Of a stretch of 64,000 nucleotides of DNA, positions 21,740 to 29,909 are shown piece after piece (within the stretch, counting starts at the first letter, position 1; each line of letters starts with the position of its first letter). Position numbers and translations under genes: made by a program. The DNA comes from an uncultured Acidobacteriota bacterium. Its GTDB lineage: Bacteria; Acidobacteriota; Vicinamibacteria; Vicinamibacterales; Fen-181. Location of the stretch: contig OY969603.1 in assembly GCA_963701315.1 (NCBI GenBank), forward strand, positions 2,571,537 through 2,635,536, read 5' to 3'. The notes under the pieces were generated by a model that was not told the DNA's origin, searched no databases, and saw only the letters and a program-made list of their open reading frames with translations.

Positions 21740-22711
21740 CTAGGCGAGGGCTTGGAGCGCCTCGGTGAGGAGGCCCTTGAACATGGGGATTCTGTAGCCG
21801 TTCTTTTCGAGCGGCGTCGCGTCGTGGACTGCGGCCTCGGCGGCGGCCGTGACCACCTCCGGCGAGAGGGTCTTGCCCGTCAGCGCCCGCTCGGCCGGCT
21901 CGGACCGCCACGGGATGGGCGCCGCACCCGACAGCACCACACGGGCCCGCACGACCGAGTCGCCCTTCATCAGCAGGGCCAAGGCCACGCCGGCCAGGGC
22001 GAAGTCCCAGGCATTCCTGGCCCGCACCTTCCGGTACGAGCTCTTGAGCGATGGTTCGGGCGGCGGCAGGAAGACCGTCGTCACGATCTCGTTCTTCTCG
22101 AGAACATTCTCCTTGGTGAGCGCCTTGGCCGGACCCAGGAAGAACGACCCGGCGGGCACCAGCCGGGCCCCGCCCGGACCCACGACCTGGATCCGCGCCC
22201 CGAGGGAGACGAGGGCGGGAGCGATGTCCGACGGGTGAACGATGACGCACTTGTCGCCGCCGAGGATGCAGTGATACTGGTTCTCCCCACCCATCGCGAA
22301 GCACGTGTCGCCGCCCTTCCGCGCGCAATGGAACTCGCCGCGGAAGTACCAGCAGCGGGGCCGTTGGCAGAGGTTGCCGCCGATGGTGCCCTGGTTCCGC
22401 AGCTGCGGACTGGCCACCGCGGCGGCGGCCTGGGCAAGCGCGGTGTACTGCCTCTGGATGGTCTTGTCGACGGCGACCTCGGCATTGGGCGTCAAGGCCC
22501 CGATTTGCAGGCCACCCCCGAGGACTGGCGCGATGCCGCGCAGCTCCTTGATCCCCGCGAGACTCACGATCCGGTCGGCCTTGAAGACGCCGTCGCGCAG
22601 GCAGCCGAGCAGGTCGGTGCCTCCGGCATGCACCCTAGCGCCGGGCACGGCCAACAGCCGCACCGCGTCGGCGACCGATTTCGCGCGAACGTAGTTGAAT
22701 GCCGGCAACAT
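21740..22711 (-). CDS. Xanthine dehydrogenase family protein, FAD-binding subunit (CoxM/PaoB-like)
   Basis: MLPAFNYVRAKSVADAVRLL...HAGGTDLL...NQGTIGGNLCQRPRCWY is diagnostic. This is the true 3' part of track ORF 21740..24670. Confidence 0.9.
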   Translation of the reverse strand: MLPAFNYVRAKSVADAVRLLAVPGARVHAGGTDLLGCLRDGVFKADRIVSLAGIKELRGIAPVLGGGLQIGALTPNAEVAVDKTIQRQYTALAQAAAAVASPQLRNQGTIGGNLCQRPRCWYFRGEFHCARKGGDTCFAMGGENQYHCILGGDKCVIVHPSDIAPALVSLGARIQVVGPGGARLVPAGSFFLGPAKALTKENVLEKNEIVTTVFLPPPEPSLKSSYRKVRARNAWDFALAGVALALLMKGDSVVRARVVLSGAAPIPWRSEPAERALTGKTLSPEVVTAAAEAAVHDATPLEKNGYRIPMFKGLLTEALQALA

Positions 22712-22713
22712 GC

Positions 22714-25026
22714 CTACCTCCTGGTCTGCGCGGCGAGCAGCTCGACGAGCCGCGGCGGGTTGACGGGGGAATCGGGCGTCCGCACGCCGCACGCGTCGTA
22801 GATGGCGTTGGCGATGGCCGCCGCCACCGGCACGAGGGCTGGCTCGCCCAGCCCCTTGGCGGCGATCGAATTCGCCTCGTGGTCGTGCAGGTCGACGGCG
22901 ACCACCGCCGGATCCACCGGCACGTCGAGGGCTGTCGGGATCTTGTAGTCGTGCCAGTTGCGGTTCACCATCTTGCCGGTCTGACCGCGATCGAGGACTC
23001 GAGCCTCGGTCGCCGCCAAGCCGATCCCCATGGCGATGGCGCCCTGCACCTGGTTCTCGAACGTGAGCTCGTTCATGGCGCGACCGCTGTCCTGCACCGC
23101 CAGGTAGCGGAGCACCTTCACCTCGCCCGTACGCGTGTCCACCTCCACCTCGGCGAAGTGCGCGGCAAACGGGCACGTCACCTTCCCCGGCGGGTTCGGC
23201 CCGCGGTAGCCGACCCCCAGGATGAGCCCGCGGTTCCGAAGCCCGTTGACCGAGGTCAGTGGCATCCGCTTGGCCGCCTCCACGGTGGAGAACACGTCGC
23301 CGTCGGCCAGGACGAGGTCCCGCGTCGAGGCGTTCAGCTGCTCGGCGGCCATCGAGAGGAGTTGCTGCTTGACGTCGAGGGCAGCCGCCCGCGTCGCCGG
23401 CCCCTCGGTCGGCACGGTCTTGCTGCCGCCGCTGGCCGTGGCGTACTGCGTGGTCGCCGTATCGGCCCACTCGACCTGGATCCGGTCGAGTGGCACGCCG
23501 AGCTCCTCGGACACGATCATCGCCATCACCGTCTTGGTCCCCGTGCCGAGATCGCTCGCGCCCATATTGAGGCTGGCACTGCCGTCGGCAAACAGCTTCA
23601 CGATCACGGTCGACGGCGGCCCGCCGCTGCCGCCCCGCCAGAGTCCGGCGGCCACGCCCACGCCACGCCGGATGGCCTCGGTGGTCTTGGCGCGGTGCTT
23701 GGCCTCGGCCCAGCCGAACCGCCGGGCGCCCTCCTCGAGGCAGGGCTTGAGCCCGGTGGTCGAGTAGGGCGGCGTGCCGGGCGTCCCCTGGCTGACCGCC
23801 GGGGCGTTCTTGAGGCGCAGCTGGATCGGGTCCATGCCAATCTTCTCGGCGAGCTGGTCCATCATCTGCTCGAGCGCCCAGGCCCCCTGTGGGTGCCCCG
23901 GCGCCCGGAACGCGCGAGCCTGGCCGGCGTTGATGTAGACGTCGGTGAGCTCGGTCTTCACATTCGGACAGGCGTACAGATCCCGCACGACCCAGTCGAC
24001 GCTCCCGACGCCGCCGCCGGGATACGCACCGCCCGTGCCGAGCACCGTCGCCTGGAGTGCGGTCAGCGTGCCGTCTTTCTTCACGCCGGCTTTGAGCGTC
24101 AGCTTGTTCGCGGGGCGGTTGCCCACGGCCAGAAAACTCTCCTCCCGGGTGAGGTGGAGCTTGACGGGCCGGGCCGTCTTGCGGGCGAGCAGTGCGGCGA
24201 TCACCGTGTGCTTGCTGAGGCCGAGTTTCGAGCCGAAGCCGCCACCCATGTAGTGGCCGATCACCCGCACGTTCGAGGCTGGCAGCTTGAAGGTCTGCAC
24301 GAGCCCCTGTTGGATCGGAAACACGCCCTGCGTGGAATCCCAGACGACGAGCCGGTTGCCTTCCCAGCGGGCCACCGACGCGTGCGTCTCGGTCGGCGCG
24401 TGGATCTCGCACGCGGTCGTGTACGTCTGCTCGATGACGACGTCGGCCGCAGCGAAGCCCGCCTCGATGGTGCCGCGGCTGTAGGTCACGACCTCTCCGG
24501 ACTGGTTCCCGGTCACGTGCACGAGCGGTGCGTCCGGCTTGAGCGCGTCCTCCGCGTCGCTCACAAACGGCAGCACGTCGTACTCCACCGCGATGGCGCG
24601 GACGGCGTCCCAGGCCTGGTAGGGCGTCTCGGCCGCGACGGCGGCGACCTCCTCGCCCTCGTAGCGGCAACGGGGGTCGAACAGGCGGCTGAGCGGGCCG
24701 GTCCGCGTGCTGAACCAGGGGATGTCAGCGCCTGGCGTCTTGTCCACGAGGATGGCCGCGACGCCCGGCATCTTCTCGGCCTTCGTCGTGTCCACCTTCT
24801 TGACGGTCGCGTGGGCGTGCGGACACCGCAGCACGGCGGCGTACAGCATGTCCGGGAGCAGGACGTCGGCCGAGTAGACCGCCCGGCCGCTGACGCGCTC
24901 ATAGGCGTCGATGCGCGGAAGCCGCTTGCCGACCACGGTGGTCGTCTTCCACGCCGGCGGGTCAGCGCCTGGTTCGGGCGTCAGGGGCGTCGGCGCGGTC
25001 AGGTAGTAGGTGTCGTCTGGTGTCAT
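22714..25026 (-). CDS. Xanthine dehydrogenase family protein, molybdopterin-binding subunit
   Basis: The 770-aa product starts at MTPDDTYY. Motifs are VGKRLPRIDAYERVSGRAVY, GGGFGSK and AAKGLGEPA. Its ATG overlaps the upstream stop (ATGA). Confidence 0.9.
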   Translation of the reverse strand: MTPDDTYYLTAPTPLTPEPGADPPAWKTTTVVGKRLPRIDAYERVSGRAVYSADVLLPDMLYAAVLRCPHAHATVKKVDTTKAEKMPGVAAILVDKTPGADIPWFSTRTGPLSRLFDPRCRYEGEEVAAVAAETPYQAWDAVRAIAVEYDVLPFVSDAEDALKPDAPLVHVTGNQSGEVVTYSRGTIEAGFAAADVVIEQTYTTACEIHAPTETHASVARWEGNRLVVWDSTQGVFPIQQGLVQTFKLPASNVRVIGHYMGGGFGSKLGLSKHTVIAALLARKTARPVKLHLTREESFLAVGNRPANKLTLKAGVKKDGTLTALQATVLGTGGAYPGGGVGSVDWVVRDLYACPNVKTELTDVYINAGQARAFRAPGHPQGAWALEQMMDQLAEKIGMDPIQLRLKNAPAVSQGTPGTPPYSTTGLKPCLEEGARRFGWAEAKHRAKTTEAIRRGVGVAAGLWRGGSGGPPSTVIVKLFADGSASLNMGASDLGTGTKTVMAMIVSEELGVPLDRIQVEWADTATTQYATASGGSKTVPTEGPATRAAALDVKQQLLSMAAEQLNASTRDLVLADGDVFSTVEAAKRMPLTSVNGLRNRGLILGVGYRGPNPPGKVTCPFAAHFAEVEVDTRTGEVKVLRYLAVQDSGRAMNELTFENQVQGAIAMGIGLAATEARVLDRGQTGKMVNRNWHDYKIPTALDVPVDPAVVAVDLHDHEANSIAAKGLGEPALVPVAAAIANAIYDACGVRTPDSPVNPPRLVELLAAQTRR

Positions 25027-25665
25027 CGGCGCCCACCTTCCTGCTTCTTCAGGTCGGCCGCGCGTTGGCCAGCCTTGAAGATGTGCGCGTAGGCCCCGCA
25101 GCGGCACAGGTTGCCACTGACCCCCACGCGAATCTCGTCGACTGTCGGCGACGGGTTGGCGCGGAGGAGGCCCTCAACGGCCATGATCTGGCCGGGTGTG
25201 CAGTACCCGCACTGAAACGCGTCCTCTTCGAGAAACGCCTGTTGCACGGCCCCTAGGTCCTCGCCGTGCATGAGGCCCTCCACGGTGGTGATGCGCTTCC
25301 CTTCCGCTTCGACCGCCAGCATCAGGCACGAGTACCTGCGGTTTGTCGTCGACGAGCACCGTGCAGACGCCGCACTCGCCGCGCTCACAGCCGAGCTTGG
25401 TCGCGGTGAGGCCGATTCGCTCCCGCAGGACGTAGAGCAGCGACCAGCGCGGCTCGACGAGCAGGCGGTGTGGGCGGCCGTTGATGGTGAGGGTCACGCG
25501 AACCATCTCGGCGCCCTCAGGCAACTCGGCGCCCGGCACGGCCTCGGCGGTCGCGGCGTGGCTCGCGGCGGCGGCGGCCACGGCGCCGGTCCCGAGCGTG
25601 GCGATGAAGCCGCGTCGCGTGAACCCGGTACCCTGGCTTGGGGGATCTTTGGGATCGTCGGGCAT
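25023..25665 (-). CDS. (2Fe-2S)-binding small subunit of the molybdoenzyme with a twin-arginine signal; reading frame broken once
   Basis: MPDDPKDPPSQGTGFTRRGFIATLGTGAVAAAAA carries the Tat motif. It is followed by GCERGECGVCTVLVDDKP and, after a +1 shift beside GTAC 25332-25335, YSCLMLAV...CGYCTPGQIM...LCRCGAY. A GGGAGG ribosome-binding site lies upstream. Confidence 0.85.
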
Positions 25666-25865
25666 AGGAACCTCCCAGGATGCCGTGCCGGGTCCGCCGG
25701 CACAGCCGCGGGAACCGATGTGGGGCTGCCGGATTATAGCGCAAGCCATGCCCGCTGGCGGTATGACGGCCCCCTCGCGAGGCGCCCCGCGCGGCCGAAC
25801 GCCGGCCCGTTCGCGCGTGGCCGGTCGCCGGGGAGACGAGGGCAGAGGACTGGCCACGGAACCCG

Positions 25866-25995
25866 CCACCCCGTCGCCGTGCGGGGCAGCCACTCCCCGG
25901 TGCACGTCGCACCACGCCGCGAGCCACTCTGGGCCGCCGTGCCGGCGCCCCGGTAGTGCGCCAGCCTCGAACTGACCCACCACCCCGTCGCCGTG
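25866..25995. repeat. Two copies of a 16-nt direct repeat (CCACCCCGTCGCCGTG), 114 nt apart
   Basis: The copies are exact, at 25866-25881 and 25980-25995, with similar flanks. They lie in the 456-nt non-coding gap between the molybdoenzyme operon start and vapB. Confidence 0.6.
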
Positions 25996-26090
25996 GTGCG
26001 CGTCATCCGGCTCAGGTGTGTGGCACGGACAGAGCTTCAGCCTGCCCCCCGGGACCGTCCGTGATCGGGGGACACGACGGCGAGCTGACC

Positions 26091-26119
26091 TTGCGTCACA
26101 CAGTGTCAGTGTGTAACAT
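26091..26119 (+). promoter_or_regulatory. Putative sigma70-like promoter/operator of vapBC
   Basis: TTGCGT, a 17-nt spacer and TAACAT sit in a locally AT-richer patch. The spacer contains tandem CAGTGT CAGTGT. The -10 element ends 2-8 nt before the candidate ATGs, so the mRNA may be leaderless. Confidence 0.3.
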
Positions 26120-26121
26120 TC

Positions 26122-26328
26122 ATGTGTATGCCAACGAACCTCGCCATCGATGATCAGCTCCTCAATCAGGCCCGCAGCGTAGGCGGGTACCGGACCAAAC
26201 GCGAAACGGTGAACGAGGCGCTGCGTGAGTTCATTCAACGACGCCAGCGTCTTGAACTGGCGAAACTCGCCGGCAAAGTCGAATACGATCCAAAGTACGA
26301 CTACAAGCAGGAACGGCGGGCGCGGTGA
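26122..26328 (+). CDS. vapB: Type II antitoxin, VapB family
   Basis: (MC)MPTNLAIDDQLLNQARSVGGYRTKRETVNEALREFIQRR is a typical VapB N-terminus. An alternative ATG lies at 26128. The stop overlaps the vapC start (GTGA). Confidence 0.8.
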   Translation: MCMPTNLAIDDQLLNQARSVGGYRTKRETVNEALREFIQRRQRLELAKLAGKVEYDPKYDYKQERRAR

Positions 26329-26748
26329 TTCTCCTGGACACGTCCGTTCTCTCGCGCGTCTTCCGGCGAACACGTCCCGGTCCGGAAGAGCGTCGGCTTC
26401 AGGTGATATTCGAAGAGTTGATGGCGAGTGACGCGCCCCTCGGTCTGCCCGGCCTCGTCCTGCAAGAGGTACTGAGCGGAATTCGAATCTCACCGGCAGG
26501 TCAGCGACCTCGCGGCGAAGCTGCTCGCCGCGTTCACCATTGTCCCCGAGGGAATTGCGGAACACATCGAGGCGGCACGGGTCAAGAACGTGTGCTTGGG
26601 CAAAGGGCTCAACGTGTCGGGCGGCGATTGCCTGATCGCCGCCTGTACGATCATCGGCCACCATGAACTCTTCGCCGTCGATGAGGACTTTGAGGCGATT
26701 GCGAGGCATGCGCCGCTGAAGCTGTTCCGGGGACACCACGTGGCATAA
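26325..26748 (+). CDS. vapC: Type II toxin VapC (PIN domain); reading frame broken once
   Basis: ILLDTSVLSRVF...LVLQEVLSGIR continues as SHRQVSDLAAKLLAAFTIVP...GDCLIAACTIIGHHELFAVDEDFEAIARH when one A is removed from GAATC (26485-26489). The length is 3n+1. Confidence 0.8.
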
Positions 26749-26796
26749 CGAGGGCCTGCAACCCCCCGGCGCGGGTGCATTCCCGACCGCCAGCGG

Positions 26797-26870
26797 GTGA
26801 GGCCAGACGTTGACGGCCATCTCGATGTTTGGTACCGCGGGCAGGCGGTGCCGTGGCGCGAGATCACCGA
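26797..26870 (+). mobile_element. Possible 3' remnant of a transposase gene (very tentative)
   Basis: The short translation DGHLDVWYRGQAVPWREI resembles, from memory only, the C-terminal 'dG.l.i.Y.G..l.y.Ei' tail of some ISNCY/IS481-type transposases. No catalytic domain and no inverted repeats were identified. Confidence 0.2.
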
Positions 26871-27422
26871 CGAGGTCCCCTCACGGTCCCACGCCGTGGC
26901 CCTGCCCGGGCCGAGGCGACACGCCCTCGGGTCGCTCCGGAGGGCCGCATCTCTGGAAGCGTCGTCCCTTCCGGGACCTACCGGACCGACTCTCATCCGG
27001 CGAGTGGATTCCGGGCCACGTGCCGCCGCTGCTCTACGGCGGAGTCGTCTAGATCCCGGCCGCCTGCGCGGCCCGCTCCAGGGGTGGGGGGGCCTGCTCG
27101 CGGCCTTGAGGTGACCGCGAAGAAGGGGACGTTTTCTTCGAGCTGAGGATGGGGACACTTTGAACGAGCGTTGACAGGGCGGCCCCGTGCCCTTGCCCTG
27201 AAAGGCCCATTTGCCCTACGCTTGCGAGGTTCTGCGAATTGCCGACGAGCCGGGGCCGATTGCGCGCAGAGGGTTCCGCCTCCAGTCAAGGAGGACCGCT
27301 CGGCGTGTAGCAGGCCCGCGGGACAGCCGGGGAGATGGACGCCGCCTGCGCTGCCCACGATGAAGCGATGGAGAAGGAGGCCCGGCGCGTGAAGCCGGTC
27401 CCGGCAAGCGAAGGAGCATGAC

Positions 27423-28874
27423 ATGGCGAACGCGATCGAGGGACTGAAGCCCGCACTGGTGTGGAAGTACTTCGCCGAGATCAGCCTGATCCCGCGCGGG
27501 TCGAAGAACGAAGCCGCTATCGGCAAGTACCTGGTCGAGACGGCCCGCAAACTCGGGCTCTGGGCCACGCAGGACGCGGCCGGGAACGTCCTGGCCCGCA
27601 AGCCCGCGTCTTCCGGGCGCGAGGGCGTGGCCAGCGTGTGTCTGCAGGGCCACATGGACATGGTCTGCGAGAAGAACAAGGACACGGTCCACAACTTCCT
27701 GAAAGACCCGCTCCAGCTGGTGCGCAAGGACAACTTCCTGATGGCCAAGGGGACCACGCTTGGCGCCGACAACGGCATCGCCGTGGCCACCTGCCTGGCG
27801 CTGATGGCGGCCAGAGACGTCGAGCACGGCCCGCTGGAGTTCCTCTTCACTGTCGATGAGGAAACCGGGCTGACCGGCGCCAACAGCCTCGAGCCCGGCT
27901 TCCTGCAGAGCTCGACGTTGCTGAACCTCGACTCGGAGGACGAGGGCGAGCTGTACGTCGGGTGCTCGGGCGGGCGTGACACGACCGGGACCTGGGCGGC
28001 CGCCTGGGACGACGCACCCGCGGGCGGGACCGGCTTCCTCATCACCGTCCGGGGTCTCAAGGGCGGCCACTCCGGGCTCGAGATCCACACGGGCCGGGCC
28101 AACGCGCTCAAGCTCCTCACGCGCGTGCTCCTCGGCCTCGCCGCCCAGGGCGTCCGCGTCGCCAAGGTTGAGGGCGGCAACAAGCGGAACGCGATCCCGC
28201 GCGAAGCCGAGGCGGTCGTCTGGCTGCCCAAGGCCAAGGCGGCACAGGCCGCCGAGCTCGTCGAGAAGATGAACGAGGTCGTCAGGGCGGAGTTCTCGAC
28301 GGTCGAGCCCGGCCTCCGGGTGGCGTGCGAACCGCAGAAGGGCGTCCGCAAGGTCTTCTCACGGGGCCTGCAGAAAAAGGTCCTGCTGACGCTTGCCGGC
28401 CTGCCGCACGGCGTCCTCAAGATGAGTGCGGATATCCCGGGCCTGGTCGAGACGTCGACGAATCTGGCGATCATCCAGACGGGCAAGAAGGACCTCAGCA
28501 TCCAGACCAGCCAGCGGAGTTCGGTCGCCTCGGAGATCGAGGAGGCGTGCCAGATGGTGCGCGCCGTGTTCGAGCTGGGCGGAGCGGCGGCCACCGGGTC
28601 GGACGGCTACCCGGGCTGGAAGCCAAATCTCGAGTCGCCGATCCTCAAGCTGGCCCAGTCCACGTACCACGCGTTGTTCGGCAAGGAGCCCGAGGTGAAG
28701 GCCGTCCATGCGGGCCTCGAGTGCGGGATCATCGGCGAGAAGTACCCGGGCATGGACATGGTGTCGTTCGGACCGACCATGCGCGAAGTGCATTCGCCAG
28801 CCGAGCACCTGTACATCGACACGGTCGAGAAGTTCTACGCCTACTTGCTGGCGATCCTGAAGAACGTGAAGTGA
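27423..28874 (+). CDS. pepD: Aminoacyl-histidine dipeptidase (M20 family, PepD)
   Basis: LKPALVWKYFAEISLIPRGSKNE...CLQGHMDMVCEKN...FTVDEETGLTGA is present, with full-length PepD architecture and a GAAGGAG ribosome-binding site. Confidence 0.9.
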   Translation: MANAIEGLKPALVWKYFAEISLIPRGSKNEAAIGKYLVETARKLGLWATQDAAGNVLARKPASSGREGVASVCLQGHMDMVCEKNKDTVHNFLKDPLQLVRKDNFLMAKGTTLGADNGIAVATCLALMAARDVEHGPLEFLFTVDEETGLTGANSLEPGFLQSSTLLNLDSEDEGELYVGCSGGRDTTGTWAAAWDDAPAGGTGFLITVRGLKGGHSGLEIHTGRANALKLLTRVLLGLAAQGVRVAKVEGGNKRNAIPREAEAVVWLPKAKAAQAAELVEKMNEVVRAEFSTVEPGLRVACEPQKGVRKVFSRGLQKKVLLTLAGLPHGVLKMSADIPGLVETSTNLAIIQTGKKDLSIQTSQRSSVASEIEEACQMVRAVFELGGAAATGSDGYPGWKPNLESPILKLAQSTYHALFGKEPEVKAVHAGLECGIIGEKYPGMDMVSFGPTMREVHSPAEHLYIDTVEKFYAYLLAILKNVK

Positions 28875-29094
28875 TCGCCCCCGACGAGTGGCGGCGGGGC
28901 ACGCCCGCGGCGCGCCCCGCTGCCGCGCCGTCGCCTTGCGCGCCCGCATCCCCCACCAGTCGCCTGCCCACGCGTCCGCCGGCACACCAGCGCGCTCCCG
29001 TTGCGGGCGCGGGTCGGCGGGCGGAGGCGCGGTGGGCGGTTCTCGGCTACACTGCATTGATGGGCTGGGTAGCGGTCCCGGCCGTGGAGAAACG

Positions 29095-29892
29095 ATGCAC
29101 AGGTCGAGTGTCCAGTGGGTATTCGCGGTGGCCTTGACGCTCGTGTCGGCCGTGTGGCAACGCACGTCGGGCCCCACCTATCCCGCCAAGGGCCACGTCC
29201 AGGTGGGCGGCGTCGACATTCCGCTGAGGCTGGAACGGTCGTACAGCATCACCGGGCGCCAGCCGGTGACGGTCGCCGTGGTGGACCGGATGGTCACGGG
29301 CACCGTGCGCTGGCGCCGGTTCCCCAGCCGGGACGACTGGCGAGACGAACCGATGGAGCGGAAGGGTGGCGTCCTCGAGGCCGTGCTGCCGCCCTCGCCC
29401 CTGCCGTTGATGCCCCCCGCCGGCAAGTTGGAATACCAGGTACGACTGCAGAATGCCGGGCACATCGTCGTCTTCCCCGAGCGGCCGGTGGTCACCCGTT
29501 TCAAGGGCGACGTACCCGCCGCGATCCTGATCCCGCACGTGGTCGCGATGTTCTTCGGAATGCTGTTCTCCAACCGCGCCGCCTGTTCGGCCGTGTGGGG
29601 CGGCAGGACGCGTGCGCTCGGGCTGATCACCATGACCTTGCTCATCCTCGGCGGGCTGGTCCTCGGACCGATCGTCCAGAAGTTCGCCTTTGGTGCGTAC
29701 TGGACCGGCATCCCCTGGGGCTACGACCTCACCGACAACAAGACGCTCATCGCCGGGGCGGCGTGGATCCTCGCGGCGTGGCGATTGCGGCGTCACGCGC
29801 CGGCGCGCGTGCCCGTCGGCCTGGCCGCCCTCGTCACGCTGGTCGTCTTCGCCATCCCGCACAGCGTCTGGGGTTCCGAGGTCCGCTGGTAG
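29095..29892 (+). CDS. Hypothetical integral membrane protein
   Basis: From the ATG at 29095 there is an N-terminal TM segment, an extracytoplasmic domain of about 120 aa, then 4-5 hydrophobic segments. I recognise no family. Confidence 0.55.
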   Translation: MHRSSVQWVFAVALTLVSAVWQRTSGPTYPAKGHVQVGGVDIPLRLERSYSITGRQPVTVAVVDRMVTGTVRWRRFPSRDDWRDEPMERKGGVLEAVLPPSPLPLMPPAGKLEYQVRLQNAGHIVVFPERPVVTRFKGDVPAAILIPHVVAMFFGMLFSNRAACSAVWGGRTRALGLITMTLLILGGLVLGPIVQKFAFGAYWTGIPWGYDLTDNKTLIAGAAWILAAWRLRRHAPARVPVGLAALVTLVVFAIPHSVWGSEVRW

Positions 29893-29909
29893 GCGCGCCG
29901 CGCCGGCGC

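Noticed and set aside
21740-24670. A 976-aa minus-strand ORF spanning two genes
   Set aside because: Only its last 323 codons (21740..22711, the FAD-binding subunit) are real. The upstream 650 codons are out of frame over the molybdopterin subunit and look like junk.
22699-25092. A 797-aa plus-strand ORF mirroring the 797-aa minus-strand ORF 22714..25107
   Set aside because: It is an antisense shadow of the molybdopterin subunit gene. The translation is Arg/Gly/His-rich with no motifs. The equal length is a coincidence of stop-codon-poor GC-rich sequence.
25666-25865. A Moco riboswitch in the leader of the molybdoenzyme operon
   Set aside because: I cannot reproduce the motif consensus from memory or identify its conserved helices in the sequence. 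The idea is kept only as something to test with Rfam, under the finding on the 25666..26121 gap.
26476-26500. GGAATTCGAATCTCACC, which resembles a tRNA T-arm (GGTTCGAATCC)
   Set aside because: No acceptor, D or anticodon arms can be built around it. It lies inside the vapC coding sequence and is explained by codons plus the inserted A.
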